Assembly (NCBI GenBank): GCA_041641305.1
Contig: JBEPYN010000001.1
Span: 512,001-576,000 of the forward strand
Source: Nitrososphaerota archaeon
Lineage (GTDB): Archaea; Thermoproteota; Nitrososphaeria_A; Caldarchaeales; Caldarchaeaceae
DNA length: 64,000 nt
Reading direction: 5' to 3'
In this document: piece by piece, positions 8,010 to 18,578 of the stretch
Layout of the letters: the number at the start of each line of letters is the position of its first letter
Numbering within the stretch: position 1 is the first letter of the stretch
Position numbers and translations under genes: made by a program
Notes under the pieces: model-generated
The model's database searches: none
Seen by the model: the letters and a program-made list of their open reading frames with translations, nothing else
What the model was told of the DNA's origin: nothing

Positions 8010-8104
8010 ACGCCCTCTGAGTTAGCAGACAAGTTGAGAAAGAAATGGCTTCTGAGGTGGAGAAGAGGAAGACAATACGAGTCAGGCATTAAAACCATAT
8101 AAAC

Positions 8105-8830
8105 TTGGACAATAGCTCTTCGTCATTGGCGATGCCGAGGAAAACAAATCGCTCATATATACTGCATCGAGGTATTGGGAAAGTTGAGAAAAAAGCTACT
8201 TATGAGGAGCTAAACCTGAAACTGCTTGAACTCTTATCCGACTGCTGGGACAGAGTCATATCGCTCGATTTTGAGACATACGTTGTCGAAAACAGATTCT
8301 TGAACGATGAGAAAATACTGTCAGTTAGTTTCGCTAGGAGGGTTTCGGGGAAAACAATGCAGGCTGAAGGTATCGAGGTTAAGTCTAATGTTTTAAATAA
8401 AGAAGACAAAGACTCTGAAAAACAAATGCTTGATTGGTTGGATGAGGAGCTGGGGAAGATTAATCCTCTCGGAGTCGTAGGATATATGCTCAGAGCGTAC
8501 GATATTCCGCTTTTAATAATGAAAAAAGAGCGCAACAAGGTGGAAGGCTCACCGTACTGGAAAATAATAGACCTAACAGAGAACGCAGTACATGTGGACC
8601 TCTACCACCTGCTCAGGGACAGAGGTTACAATAATCTGTACGACGCCATATCATCACTATCCCAAAATCTTCCTCTAAAGAAAGTAGAAGATTACTTATC
8701 TCAAAATAGAGAAATGAAGGGAAAAGCTGTCAAAGAGTTATGGGAAAAAGGGGCACTCAAAGAATACAACGAAGGACATGCATATAACATGTTGCTGATT
8801 GCGGAATGGCTCACATTCGGAGGAGAGTAA
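8105..8830 (+). CDS. DnaQ/PolB-type 3'-5' exonuclease-like protein
   Basis: ISLDFETY (ExoI) and GYMLRAYDIPLL (ExoII); ExoIII is atypical (YNEGH); start may be 8131. Confidence 0.6.
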   Translation: MDNSSSSLAMPRKTNRSYILHRGIGKVEKKATYEELNLKLLELLSDCWDRVISLDFETYVVENRFLNDEKILSVSFARRVSGKTMQAEGIEVKSNVLNKEDKDSEKQMLDWLDEELGKINPLGVVGYMLRAYDIPLLIMKKERNKVEGSPYWKIIDLTENAVHVDLYHLLRDRGYNNLYDAISSLSQNLPLKKVEDYLSQNREMKGKAVKELWEKGALKEYNEGHAYNMLLIAEWLTFGGE

Positions 8831-9233
8831 TGACAACCGTATACTATTCCGATTGTCCATCCGAGAGGCTCGCTGTACTCCTTCACAATCTCGTCATATG
8901 TTGTGAAAACCCTTCTCTTCACCAACTTTGACCTGCTCTTCACCAACCCATCACATCATGTAATAATCCTCCCATATAACGCTAGGATGCCATCATATAG
9001 AAGTGCTTCCTTGACCATGTTTTGGCAGACTCAGCAGCCAAATATAGCCGTGTCTACCGCAGTCTCTTTCTCCAGGGTAGGTTAACGAGTCGGCTTCAGA
9101 TACACCAACACCGCCATATACTATCTATCAGCGTTTTCGATAACGCTTCTGCTCGCCAACATGGGTATGAGCTATGGGTTCTTCGGATTCTTCAAACTAT
9201 GAGGATGTAATCGCTCATCGGGCGAAACAATGA

Positions 9234-9587
9234 CTAGAGCCAGACTCCTTTCGCCCCGACGCATCTGAGAACCATCAAGTTTTTCTCGTTGTCGGGAATA
9301 TTTTTGCCAGAAACAGACGCTCTCTGCGGGGCCGAAAGCACGTAGAACAGCTCTTCACCAACCTCTGCTATGTCTCCTACAGTGAACTTCAGCAGCCACT
9401 TCCTCAGAAGCTCGAGCGTCGGAGCATGTCTGACGTATACGATGACTTTATCATATTTCTTAGCGTCGGCCGCGAGCTCATCGAGAGAAGAGCTGCTAAC
9501 CTGTATACAGAAGCTTGGAAAAAGGCTAGAGAAAGCTGACGGCGGCAAAGACGGCAACACCTTAAGGACATTCTTTCTCGCACTCAT
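9234..9587 (-). CDS. DUF1874 (STIV B116/AcrIII-1)-like protein
   Basis: 117 aa; SLDEL..VIVYVRHAPTLELL..YVLSAPQR..GK parallels the family pattern SLEE..SAIGHxxTAxLL..FQLxxRLxEGK. Confidence 0.45.
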   Translation of the reverse strand: MSARKNVLKVLPSLPPSAFSSLFPSFCIQVSSSSLDELAADAKKYDKVIVYVRHAPTLELLRKWLLKFTVGDIAEVGEELFYVLSAPQRASVSGKNIPDNEKNLMVLRCVGAKGVWL

Positions 9588-9715
9588 GAAGTCGATTTCT
9601 CAGCCGAAAAATAAAAGGCATCATCTGCATAATGGAACCGTCAGAAATTGTTGAATGCAACCTTGCCCGGGTGGTCTACGTTTGGCCGGAAACGGTTAAT
9701 ACTGGGAGAAGTTTT

Positions 9716-10354
9716 ATGATGGCGATGAATCCCGGCAAGGTATTGCCGGCTATCCTGCTTGTTGTAGGCCTGTTGGCCGGGTTCTTCAGCGGCTCGGTTC
9801 TAAGCCCCGTAACAGTCACCAGCACGTTGGTCAAAACCTCCATTTCGACAAGCGTAAGCACGGAGCAGGTGACAAAAACTGTGTCCACCACCGTGACTTC
9901 GTACGAGACCCTTAGATGGTCTACTACGCTTTTCGTAACGGCCCGCACCACGTTAACTTCGGTCTCAACCAGTATCTCCACCCGGACAACCACGGTTACA
10001 TCGACCACTACCGCAACCACTACAATGGTTTCAACCGTTTACCCCGCCGTCTCGGGAACCGTGCTGGTGAGAGACAGAGGCAGCGGCTCTAAGGAGACGC
10101 CGCCGTTCACGCTCGAGGCGACCTCAGACCTAAGGATAAAAATCACGATAAGGGCTACGGCCGACCTCCGATACGTCGGCTTATATTGGTACCTGTATGA
10201 AGTGGGCGATGACCTATCCTATAAGAGGGGCTCTATTCTAGAGGAGCAGGGGTCCTTCGAGTTCTACGCCGCAGCCATTCCGCCCGGTAACTGGTACATA
10301 CAGGTGAACGCCGCCAACTGCAACTGGGAAATCACTGTCGAAAAAGTTACTTGA
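9716..10354 (+). CDS. Membrane-anchored Thr/Ser-rich surface protein with C-terminal beta domain
   Basis: N-terminal TM, long T/S/V tract, PPC-like C-terminus (PPGNWYIQV). Confidence 0.7.
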   Translation: MMAMNPGKVLPAILLVVGLLAGFFSGSVLSPVTVTSTLVKTSISTSVSTEQVTKTVSTTVTSYETLRWSTTLFVTARTTLTSVSTSISTRTTTVTSTTTATTTMVSTVYPAVSGTVLVRDRGSGSKETPPFTLEATSDLRIKITIRATADLRYVGLYWYLYEVGDDLSYKRGSILEEQGSFEFYAAAIPPGNWYIQVNAANCNWEITVEKVT

Positions 10355-11957
10355 CAGATTCCGAGAACTCTCTCCATCTTTCCAGCATAATTTTCCGCCT
10401 CTCCTTCAGGAATTCTTCATAGTTCTCGCGTTTCCATAGCTCAGGGTCGAGCGGAATGCAGTGCTCCCGTAACAGAGCAGGGTCCTGGTCGTAGAGTTTG
10501 CTGAGATACTCCGACGGCTCTTTATCCCTCAGAGTCTTGTTACTCAGGCTTGAGAGAAATGTGATGTTTGCCGCATCATTCTCCAGCTCGGGGTCTAGCA
10601 ACTTCCTTTTGAAAAGGTATTGTGGGAAGATGTGGTGCTCGTTTATCTCACTATCTCTTAGCTCCCATATCTTATCCGGGTCACCCCCATCCCTGGGCGT
10701 CCAGTCACGGGCATTATAAGATTTGAGGAGAATAGATAGCAGGGTTCGGTGCTCGTCGGAGAATTCCCGCTCCAGATAGTCGGGCAAGAGCTCCTTCACC
10801 TTCAGATTTTCTACTAGTCGTCCAACATCCCAACTATTCTTCACCGATTCCAAGTCTTCTAAGAGGTCGCTCTCCAGCCGTCCAGTATATCTGCCATTGA
10901 ACGATGCCAGTACAAGCCACTTAACCAGCTCATGTTTAAACTTCTTGTCAACCAGCTTGCCCTGTGACAGATAGTTGTTATGCATGATTATCGCGGGCAT
11001 GACGGGGAGGTAATGCGATACCAAGAACTTCGGCCTGGCTCCGTATTCCTGGAATATGTCGAGAACACTCTGGATAGCCTTGAACGTATTGTTTAAGTAT
11101 TTGAGCAAAGTCTCGGAATTGTTCCTCATCAGCTCATTCAGAGCCGGCTTAAATTTTACCTGACCAGTTGCAATGGCTAAGTATGCCCGTATAAGAGGCG
11201 GGGCGTCGACATCATATCCCCTGGTTTGCAAGTCGCTCAGCAATGTTTCAAACTGGTCCCTGAACCTCTTTCCCTGTTCATGTATGATTTTACCGGACAG
11301 GAGCGCTAATACGAGGTCGTGTAGCTTCACCTTGGTTCCCTGGCTGTTCAAGGCCACGAACATCCGCGAGATATTCTCGAAGGCCTCGAGATGGTTATCC
11401 CTGCTCCACTTTATCGTAACCTCCATGAAGGTCACCTTGTAATCGTTGAAACGCTGCCAAAGCCTCGTCAGGCTATCGTAGATTTTCGGTTGTCTCACAG
11501 AATGCTTCTGAACCAATTCAGAATATTCCCTCGCCTGCAACACCTCTGACACTTTGTACAAGTTACCGCCTGGATTAGTTCTGCCTCGGCCAAGAATGAA
11601 TTTCTCGTTCAATGCATCGAATAGAAGGTTAATCCTTTTTGTTTCCTGGTTTATGGTTATTTCGCCATTATTTATCAGGAGTAGAGATGTCAGCCTCTGT
11701 CTGCCATCAATCACCATGTAGCGTCCGTTCTTTAAATTCATGTTATCGGCGATTGGCCTGAAAATGTTTTCGAGCTCCTCACGCACATCCGTAGGTATCT
11801 CGGCCACGCATATCGACCCTATTGGAAAACCGTTGTAAATAGACTCCGCGAGCTCCAGCACCTGCCTGTTACGCCATACAAAGGGTCTCTGAATATCAGG
11901 GACTATGAACTCACCCTGCTCAAGCTTAGACATCAAATCCCTAAGGAGCATATCCAT
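10347..11957 (-). CDS. gmrSD: GmrSD type IV restriction endonuclease (DUF262 + DUF1524)
   Basis: PDIQRPFVW, IDGRQRLTS, FVALNSQG and C-terminal EHHIFPQ...ANITFLSSLSN. Confidence 0.85.
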   Translation of the reverse strand: MDMLLRDLMSKLEQGEFIVPDIQRPFVWRNRQVLELAESIYNGFPIGSICVAEIPTDVREELENIFRPIADNMNLKNGRYMVIDGRQRLTSLLLINNGEITINQETKRINLLFDALNEKFILGRGRTNPGGNLYKVSEVLQAREYSELVQKHSVRQPKIYDSLTRLWQRFNDYKVTFMEVTIKWSRDNHLEAFENISRMFVALNSQGTKVKLHDLVLALLSGKIIHEQGKRFRDQFETLLSDLQTRGYDVDAPPLIRAYLAIATGQVKFKPALNELMRNNSETLLKYLNNTFKAIQSVLDIFQEYGARPKFLVSHYLPVMPAIIMHNNYLSQGKLVDKKFKHELVKWLVLASFNGRYTGRLESDLLEDLESVKNSWDVGRLVENLKVKELLPDYLEREFSDEHRTLLSILLKSYNARDWTPRDGGDPDKIWELRDSEINEHHIFPQYLFKRKLLDPELENDAANITFLSSLSNKTLRDKEPSEYLSKLYDQDPALLREHCIPLDPELWKRENYEEFLKERRKIMLERWREFSESVK

Positions 11958-12162
11958 GTCGTGGAAAAAATCAACGAGAAGTATAAATCTTAAGCGACAT
12001 TTTTCTCAACCCCTGCCTCCAATGCTTCGTTCTCCGCCACTAGACAGACTGAGCTGCCACCCATTATTCCACAGAATCATATGTTCCTACCGTTCCCATC
12101 AACCCTCTGAAACAGCCACGTTCTCTTAAAACTTAATTTTTAAGGTCAGGATTATAGTTTTC

Positions 12163-15100
12163 ATGAATTTTGGGCTTGATTTCTGGGTGGCTTGTTTATC
12201 TGAGAGAGGCTACCAACTTCATAGAGACAAGCTTGACATCGAAACTCTGTTCAAGACAAGGGTTCTTCTCAGCAGTGATGTGAAGGAGGCTTACCTACTC
12301 TATAGAGATGATTTTGTAGAGGTTGTGGCACTAATTTTTGACGAGCTTCCAGGCAGGGGTTATTGCGCTAGGATTGCTCGGCGATGGCGTGAAAAAAGAC
12401 TGCTTAGGCCTTTCCTGATATTTACCGACAATATTTCGTCTTATGCGGTGATTGTTAGAGGGCCGGGGCTGGGTGAGGAGGTTAGAGTGCTGCATTTAGA
12501 GGGGCAGTTGTATAGAACAGATTTGGAGGCTCTCGAGTCAGTAACCCATCCAGGAAAACCTGACGAGCTCAGGAAGAAATATGATACGGAGTTCTTCCCA
12601 TATGAAAAGGTTAGGGAAGAGTTTTTCCAGCAGTATAAGAAACTGTTTGAGAAAGTCATTGAAATCGTTAAACCCGTTTTCGGAGAGAACCGTGCTAAAG
12701 AATATGCTCAACGGTTTCTAGGCAGGCTGATGTTTCTCTACTTTCTCCAGAGAAAGGGGTGGTTAAACAACGATAGACAGTTCATAAACAAGTTGTCCGG
12801 TTTCAGAGAGCTTAACAGAGTCTTCTATGAGCTTTTAAACAAACCGGGGGGAGGAGACGGTGTACCATATCTAAACGGCAGCCTCTTTGACAGGGAGGAG
12901 TATCTAACAGCTGAGGCTGAGAGAAAGATAGAGAAGAAAATGGATAGTTTGTTTAATGAAGCTAGGGAGGTGTTTAACCGATACAACTTCACCGTCAACG
13001 AGACTTCGCCGCTGGAGGTTGAGGTAAGCGTAGACCCTCTGCTGCTGGGAACAGTTTTGGAGAACATGCTTCCCGAGCATGAGAGGGGAGCCAAAGGAAC
13101 CTTCTACACACCGGTCAACGAGATAAACTTCATCTGTAGAAAAGCTATACAGGCTTGGCTGGGCCTAGAGGACAGGGTAGACGAGACAGGGACCAGGCTA
13201 ATCGACGGGCTCGAGGAATACATCAACCAGTTAAAAGAAAGGCGGGACGAGGCGGAGATAAGAGAGTTCAGGAACAGGCTTCTATCTTTGAAAGTATGTG
13301 ATCCCGCCGTCGGCTCGGGAGGGTTCCTCGTGGTGATGATGCAGACGATACTGAGCCTTATTCAGGAGGTTGAGGAGGCTGTAGGCTGGCACGCCGACCC
13401 AGCTATCTACAAGTCGAGAATCCTACCCAACCTCTATGGATTCGACATAGAGCCCGAGGCCGTCGAGATAGCGAGACTCCGTCTATGGCTCTCCCTCGTA
13501 GTTGACCAGAAGAAACCCGAGCCACTCCCCAACCTAGACCTAAACATCATGGTGACAAGCGACTCCCTCAGCCTCCCACAAGGTGGACAATCCCTTATCG
13601 ACCAATACTACACATCTAGCAGGATTAGAGAACTGGTCGACAACCTGAACGAGCTTAAAAAGAAATACACAACCGAACACAATCCAACAGCGAAGAAAGA
13701 GCTTCAGAACCGCATCGAGAAAATCTGGCGAAAACTTGTGGAGGAATTTGGGAGCGAAGAATTAAAGACTCTACCGCTTGAGCTAATCATGATGAGCCGA
13801 CCAGACATAATAGTGATGAATCCACCCTACGTAAGACAGGAGAAAATACCTCCTAGAACAAAGGAGCACTATGTAAAGAGCTATAGACTGGACAGGACAT
13901 CGGACATCTACGCATTCTTCATGAAAAGAGCCCTTAACTTACTTAATGAGAAGGGTGCAGCATCCATAATATCATCCGACAAGTGGCTCGAGGTCGGGTA
14001 CGGCTTAAAGCTGCAGGAGACGCTGAAACCCCATCTCCTGGCTGTCTACGGCCAGCGTGAAAGAAGCTTCGGAGCAGACATAAACACAGTAATAACAGTG
14101 CTCAGAAAAGAAAAACTACCAGACAACCACAGCATACAGTTCATCTACCTAAGCAAATACGGCGAAAAAACAGTCATCAACCACAAATCCATACCAAGAG
14201 GAGAGCTCAAGCCAGGGAAATGGTACTACCTAAGAGCACCGAAAATATTCGAAGAAACCCTACTACCAAAACTAACCCACAAGCTGAAAGACTTCGCCGA
14301 AATAAAATTCGGCATTAAGACCGGTGCTAATGAGTTCTTCTACATGAAGGACGTCAGCCACCTATACGAGGCAGACTACCTAGCAAACCCAAGAAGATTC
14401 CACGAATGGGGAGTAAATGCACGAAACCAAAAAGAACTCGAAGAACAAGAACTTATATACATAGAGAATGAAGCAGGAAAAAGATTCGTGATAAATAAAA
14501 AAGATGTAAGACCTATTCTCCGGTCGCCAGAAGAAATTCACGAATATATGTTTTCACAATTCAAGAAACTCTGTCTGTATACAAGCAATCCAGGTTCATT
14601 AACCACAAAATACATTAGAAAATATGAAAAAGAGGGAATACACCGCCGATCCACTCTCAGAAATAGGTCACCTTGGTGGAAACTTCCAGAGTTAGAAACC
14701 ACTAGTATCGTTTTGATAAAGTCATTCCACAATGTAATTTATGAACCGATATGTCCTAAACCCGTTCTCGTGGACCAGAGAGCTTATGTATTTAAGCCCC
14801 GCAACCTCAAATCATTAGAAGATGTGTGGAAGTACTTCAACAGCACGATTTTTTACTTAACTATCGAACTTTATTGTGATAGGTTGGGCGGAGGAGCGAC
14901 AGATATCAGGGTCGAAGATTACAAAGAAATGCCAGTCCCCGACTTGTCCCGATTACATATAGCGTTTGACGCTAAAAGGTTGTGGAATAGAAAACCATTA
15001 CCTTACAATGAGGAGGTGCAGCAGGCTGATAGACGAGAATTAGACAAAGCTGTGCTTAGAGTCCTAGGCTTCCCCGAATCCGAACTAGATAGGCTTGTCG

Positions 15101-15210
15101 ATGAACTTCACAAGGCTTTTGTATGGGTTGTCGAGGACCGCTTGATAAAATCCGGCAGACCTCTACACGTAGAAGAAGAGGAAGGGGCTGTGGTTGACGA
15201 AGATAGTTGA
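12163..15210 (+). CDS. Large N6-adenine DNA methyltransferase (Eco57I/type IIG-like)
   Basis: GTFYTP, motif I DPAVGSGGF, motif IV MNPPY, YLNGSLF, C-terminal TRD-like region. Confidence 0.9.
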   Translation: MNFGLDFWVACLSERGYQLHRDKLDIETLFKTRVLLSSDVKEAYLLYRDDFVEVVALIFDELPGRGYCARIARRWREKRLLRPFLIFTDNISSYAVIVRGPGLGEEVRVLHLEGQLYRTDLEALESVTHPGKPDELRKKYDTEFFPYEKVREEFFQQYKKLFEKVIEIVKPVFGENRAKEYAQRFLGRLMFLYFLQRKGWLNNDRQFINKLSGFRELNRVFYELLNKPGGGDGVPYLNGSLFDREEYLTAEAERKIEKKMDSLFNEAREVFNRYNFTVNETSPLEVEVSVDPLLLGTVLENMLPEHERGAKGTFYTPVNEINFICRKAIQAWLGLEDRVDETGTRLIDGLEEYINQLKERRDEAEIREFRNRLLSLKVCDPAVGSGGFLVVMMQTILSLIQEVEEAVGWHADPAIYKSRILPNLYGFDIEPEAVEIARLRLWLSLVVDQKKPEPLPNLDLNIMVTSDSLSLPQGGQSLIDQYYTSSRIRELVDNLNELKKKYTTEHNPTAKKELQNRIEKIWRKLVEEFGSEELKTLPLELIMMSRPDIIVMNPPYVRQEKIPPRTKEHYVKSYRLDRTSDIYAFFMKRALNLLNEKGAASIISSDKWLEVGYGLKLQETLKPHLLAVYGQRERSFGADINTVITVLRKEKLPDNHSIQFIYLSKYGEKTVINHKSIPRGELKPGKWYYLRAPKIFEETLLPKLTHKLKDFAEIKFGIKTGANEFFYMKDVSHLYEADYLANPRRFHEWGVNARNQKELEEQELIYIENEAGKRFVINKKDVRPILRSPEEIHEYMFSQFKKLCLYTSNPGSLTTKYIRKYEKEGIHRRSTLRNRSPWWKLPELETTSIVLIKSFHNVIYEPICPKPVLVDQRAYVFKPRNLKSLEDVWKYFNSTIFYLTIELYCDRLGGGATDIRVEDYKEMPVPDLSRLHIAFDAKRLWNRKPLPYNEEVQQADRRELDKAVLRVLGFPESELDRLVDELHKAFVWVVEDRLIKSGRPLHVEEEEGAVVDEDS

Positions 15211-18200
15211 CAATTCAAAGGAAACTCTGCAGAGTGTTCTTTTGAAGGAGTTACAGGAGGTTTCTGAGGTTGCTATCGCGACAGCGTACTTCAACATCAC
15301 GGGCTTCGGCGACATAGAGCCCGGCTTAGCAGACAAACCTCTACGCCTCCTACTAGGCAGGCCTCCCACCGAGCAGATAGAATGGGAGGAAGAAGTTCTT
15401 AGAGAGCTTGAGGAATATGAGGATGACCCTCGATACTTCAGTCTTCTGCAGAGAGTGATAACGTTTTTTGAACATTATTCTAGGGAGGTGAGAATAGTTG
15501 ATGGAAAGTTTTTCCACGGCAAGGCGTTTCTGGGAGTTCACCCGTCTTTCCAAGACGTTAGGAGGGGGTTTGCATCCGTGGGCTCAAGCAACTTCACCCA
15601 TGGAGGACTGGTTACCAACAGGGAGCTGAACATGTTCACAACGGATAGGGAGACTGTTCAAGAGCTGGCGGAATGGTTTCAAAAACAGTGGAGCGATATG
15701 TTTTCAAGAGACTATAAGAACGAGTTCCTAAGCCTTCTAAAAACATACGTCACCTCATGGAGTCCATACGAGGTCGCGGCCAAAGCATTGTGGGAAACCT
15801 ATAAAAAAGATTGGGAAACCAAGAGGCCGAATATACTCAAAAACCTGTACCCGCATCAGCAGCTAACCTTCATAGACGCATTAGACAAGCTGGAAAAATA
15901 CGGCGGCGTAGTTATCGCCGATTCCACGGGTCTTGGAAAAACCCTTACGGCCTTGGCCATAGCTCACTACTATAAGGGTCTTGGTGTCAAGTCTCTGCTC
16001 ATAGCTCCCAAAAGCATACTCGACACTACTTGGATGACCGAGATGGATAGCTCCGACATATGGGTTAAGTGGATAAACTCCGAGAAACTTTCAGCAGACC
16101 CAGAAATAGTGGAACAATATGTAAACAATGATAAAAGCATTGGGTTGATTATCGTTGATGAGGCGCATTATTTCCGCAATCCTGCAACAAACCGTTACAA
16201 CGCACTAAGCAAGCTGATTAAACTTACCAGGTCCAAGGTGGTTCTGGTAACTGCCACACCTGTAAACACAAGCCTCATGGACCTGTACCACATAATGGCG
16301 CTCTATCTTCCAGACAACATCATATTTGACGAATACAGAACTACGCTGGGAGAATATTTCATACAGAGCCAGAAAAAATGGCTGAACAACGAGCCAGTAG
16401 ACATGGAAGATATTCTGAGGAAATTCGTGGTGAGACACTCTAGACAATTAGCAAAGGCGCTGGACAGGGAGGGCAGGATAAAATTCCCGGAGAGACAACT
16501 ACACACCATAAAATACGACCTGCCACTCGACGTGGAAAAACTATACAATCTCCTCGACAAACTTAACCTATATTTCTACGAGCTCAGCGTAGACAAGCTC
16601 TCTCAACAGTTCAGGCTACCTGATGGAACACCCGCCATAAAATATGAGAAACAAGCCGAAAACCTGAAAGACCTGATAAAGGTGATACAGAAGATAGGTC
16701 TTCTCAAAAGACTGGAAAGCAGCATACATGCGTTCAGAGAATCCATCAACAGAATTAAGAAATACATTGAGTACGCAACAATCTATGCAGAAAAAGAATC
16801 CATATTCATACCTCCCAAGCTCAAAGGGGACCTGTTCGCTCTGCTCGGCGAAGAAGAGGAACAGGCAACCCTTCCAACAATGGAGGACCTATTCTATAAA
16901 CATCGACACCTTCTCGAAAAATGCAGTCTAAGCAACCATGAGAAACAAAAACTTATCCAGAGCAACAGGGAAGACCTGAAGACAATTGAAGAAGTGATAT
17001 CGCTGCTACCCGCCAGAGACACAAAAATTGATGCTTTTCTAAAGGAAGTTAGCGATGTCGCCAAAAAATTGTCAAAAAGGAACGGCATAATAATATTCAC
17101 CCAATACATCGACACAGCAAAATACGTTTTCGATGCCCTCAGAAACAGCTACCCGTACTCTATCCTCGTAACAGGCGAGGGCGGAAGAGATAGCAGTGGT
17201 AAGAGAATTGAGGAGGCCGAGGCTGTTGAACACTTTCAGAAAAACGGAGGCATATTGGTTAGCACAGACGTTTTGAGCGCCGGGCAAAACCTCCAAAACG
17301 CTCAATACATAGTCAACTACGACTTCCCATGGAACCCCGTAATACTTATACAAAGGGCTGGGAGAGTTGACCGAATAGGCTCCCCCTATGACAGCGTCTA
17401 CCTCTTCAACGTTCTACCCCATCAAGGAGGCCCCGACGACCCAACCAGCCTCGAATACTTCCTGGGCCTCATGACGAGGCTCTACCAGAGACTTGAGGCC
17501 ATCAGAGCCACCATAGGGCTTGACGCATCAACCCTGGGTGAAGAAGCCATACCTAGAGACTATACAGAGCAGAGAAGAATAGCCGCCGAGGACAAAAAAG
17601 TTTTAGCGGAGCTTGAGAAAAAACTTGAGCAATTCACGAAAGACCCGTTGGACGACCTAGCCCAAATAATCAACGAGAGAGGAATAGACTGGGTTGAGAA
17701 GCTTCCCAACGGAATAGGAGCGTTGAAAAAAGACAGCTTCGACGCTGTTTTCGCCCTCTTCACAGACGGGCAACAGCACTACTGGAGGTTGAAAAACCTA
17801 GACACGGGCGAGACCTTGACGAAGCCGTCCGAGATAGTTCCTATCCTGCTCCGCGGGGACGTTCACAGCAAAGGAGAGAGGATAAACTACGACATATTAG
17901 TGGATAAGCTGAGACAATTAAAAGAGGAGCTCAGAACAGAGCTGTTGAAAAAACAGACAATAACCACAACCATAGAAGACATCCCAGTATCGGTTACCAA
18001 AATCGTTAAAGAAATATACGAGGCACTAGAGAGGTTGGGAGAGGAGGGAATAGTTTTAGCCGCAAGGTTCAGAAAACAAGCCAACAACCCAACCACCGTC
18101 AAAATACTGAAAAAAGCACTAGAGGAGGGAAAACTACTCGAAGAAGCAAGGAAAATCCTCAAAGAAGACACCCAAACCAAAGCATCAAACAACAACCAGA

Positions 18201-18265
18201 CACTAAAAATCAAAAGAATATGCTGGTGCTACATAAGGAAGGAAAACCAACCCAACAACCCGTAA
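15194..18265 (+). CDS. PLD nuclease domain fused to SNF2-like SF2 helicase
   Basis: FHGKAF..GSSNFT (PLD), ADSTGLGKT, DEAH, TATP, QRAGRVDRIG; overlaps the methyltransferase stop. Confidence 0.9.
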   Translation: MTKIVDNSKETLQSVLLKELQEVSEVAIATAYFNITGFGDIEPGLADKPLRLLLGRPPTEQIEWEEEVLRELEEYEDDPRYFSLLQRVITFFEHYSREVRIVDGKFFHGKAFLGVHPSFQDVRRGFASVGSSNFTHGGLVTNRELNMFTTDRETVQELAEWFQKQWSDMFSRDYKNEFLSLLKTYVTSWSPYEVAAKALWETYKKDWETKRPNILKNLYPHQQLTFIDALDKLEKYGGVVIADSTGLGKTLTALAIAHYYKGLGVKSLLIAPKSILDTTWMTEMDSSDIWVKWINSEKLSADPEIVEQYVNNDKSIGLIIVDEAHYFRNPATNRYNALSKLIKLTRSKVVLVTATPVNTSLMDLYHIMALYLPDNIIFDEYRTTLGEYFIQSQKKWLNNEPVDMEDILRKFVVRHSRQLAKALDREGRIKFPERQLHTIKYDLPLDVEKLYNLLDKLNLYFYELSVDKLSQQFRLPDGTPAIKYEKQAENLKDLIKVIQKIGLLKRLESSIHAFRESINRIKKYIEYATIYAEKESIFIPPKLKGDLFALLGEEEEQATLPTMEDLFYKHRHLLEKCSLSNHEKQKLIQSNREDLKTIEEVISLLPARDTKIDAFLKEVSDVAKKLSKRNGIIIFTQYIDTAKYVFDALRNSYPYSILVTGEGGRDSSGKRIEEAEAVEHFQKNGGILVSTDVLSAGQNLQNAQYIVNYDFPWNPVILIQRAGRVDRIGSPYDSVYLFNVLPHQGGPDDPTSLEYFLGLMTRLYQRLEAIRATIGLDASTLGEEAIPRDYTEQRRIAAEDKKVLAELEKKLEQFTKDPLDDLAQIINERGIDWVEKLPNGIGALKKDSFDAVFALFTDGQQHYWRLKNLDTGETLTKPSEIVPILLRGDVHSKGERINYDILVDKLRQLKEELRTELLKKQTITTTIEDIPVSVTKIVKEIYEALERLGEEGIVLAARFRKQANNPTTVKILKKALEEGKLLEEARKILKEDTQTKASNNNQTLKIKRICWCYIRKENQPNNP

Positions 18266-18316
18266 CAACATGAACCTGTGAAAAAACGTATAAAGCCACT
18301 GACCAAGTATTTAGAC

Positions 18317-18534
18317 GTGGCTGCTATCTAGGAAATTACCAGAATCTATCTTGAGACAGCTCAGACAGACTTGGGTGCGGCCAACTTCCTCTACCAGAAG
18401 GAATTCTACCCGCATGCTTTAGACAAGTATTCGAACTACGATAAACCTGGGGAAATAATCAGAGGCGCCAAACAGATTCTAAGGAGCCTGATTTTTAACC
18501 AGAATTTGAGCGCTGTACCTTCTCCACGCAATTA
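18317..18534 (+). pseudogene. HEPN-domain fragment with premature amber stop
   Basis: GTG-GCT-GCT-ATC-TAG, then EITRIYLETAQTDLGAANFLYQKEFYPHA, resembling a HEPN N-terminus. Confidence 0.5.
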
Positions 18535-18578
18535 GGCCTCATCCGTTTTTATGCCTGTATGTTTGGGTTACTATCTCG

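Noticed and set aside
8830-9230. Short ORFs between the exonuclease and the DUF1874-like gene
   Set aside because: Fragmented hydrophobic frames with stops; possibly a decayed membrane gene but unassignable.
9800-10040. Thr-rich low-complexity tracts (also about 47130-47320, 49010-49120, 50660-50770) as DNA repeat arrays
   Set aside because: Explained by glycosylated stalk regions of surface proteins.
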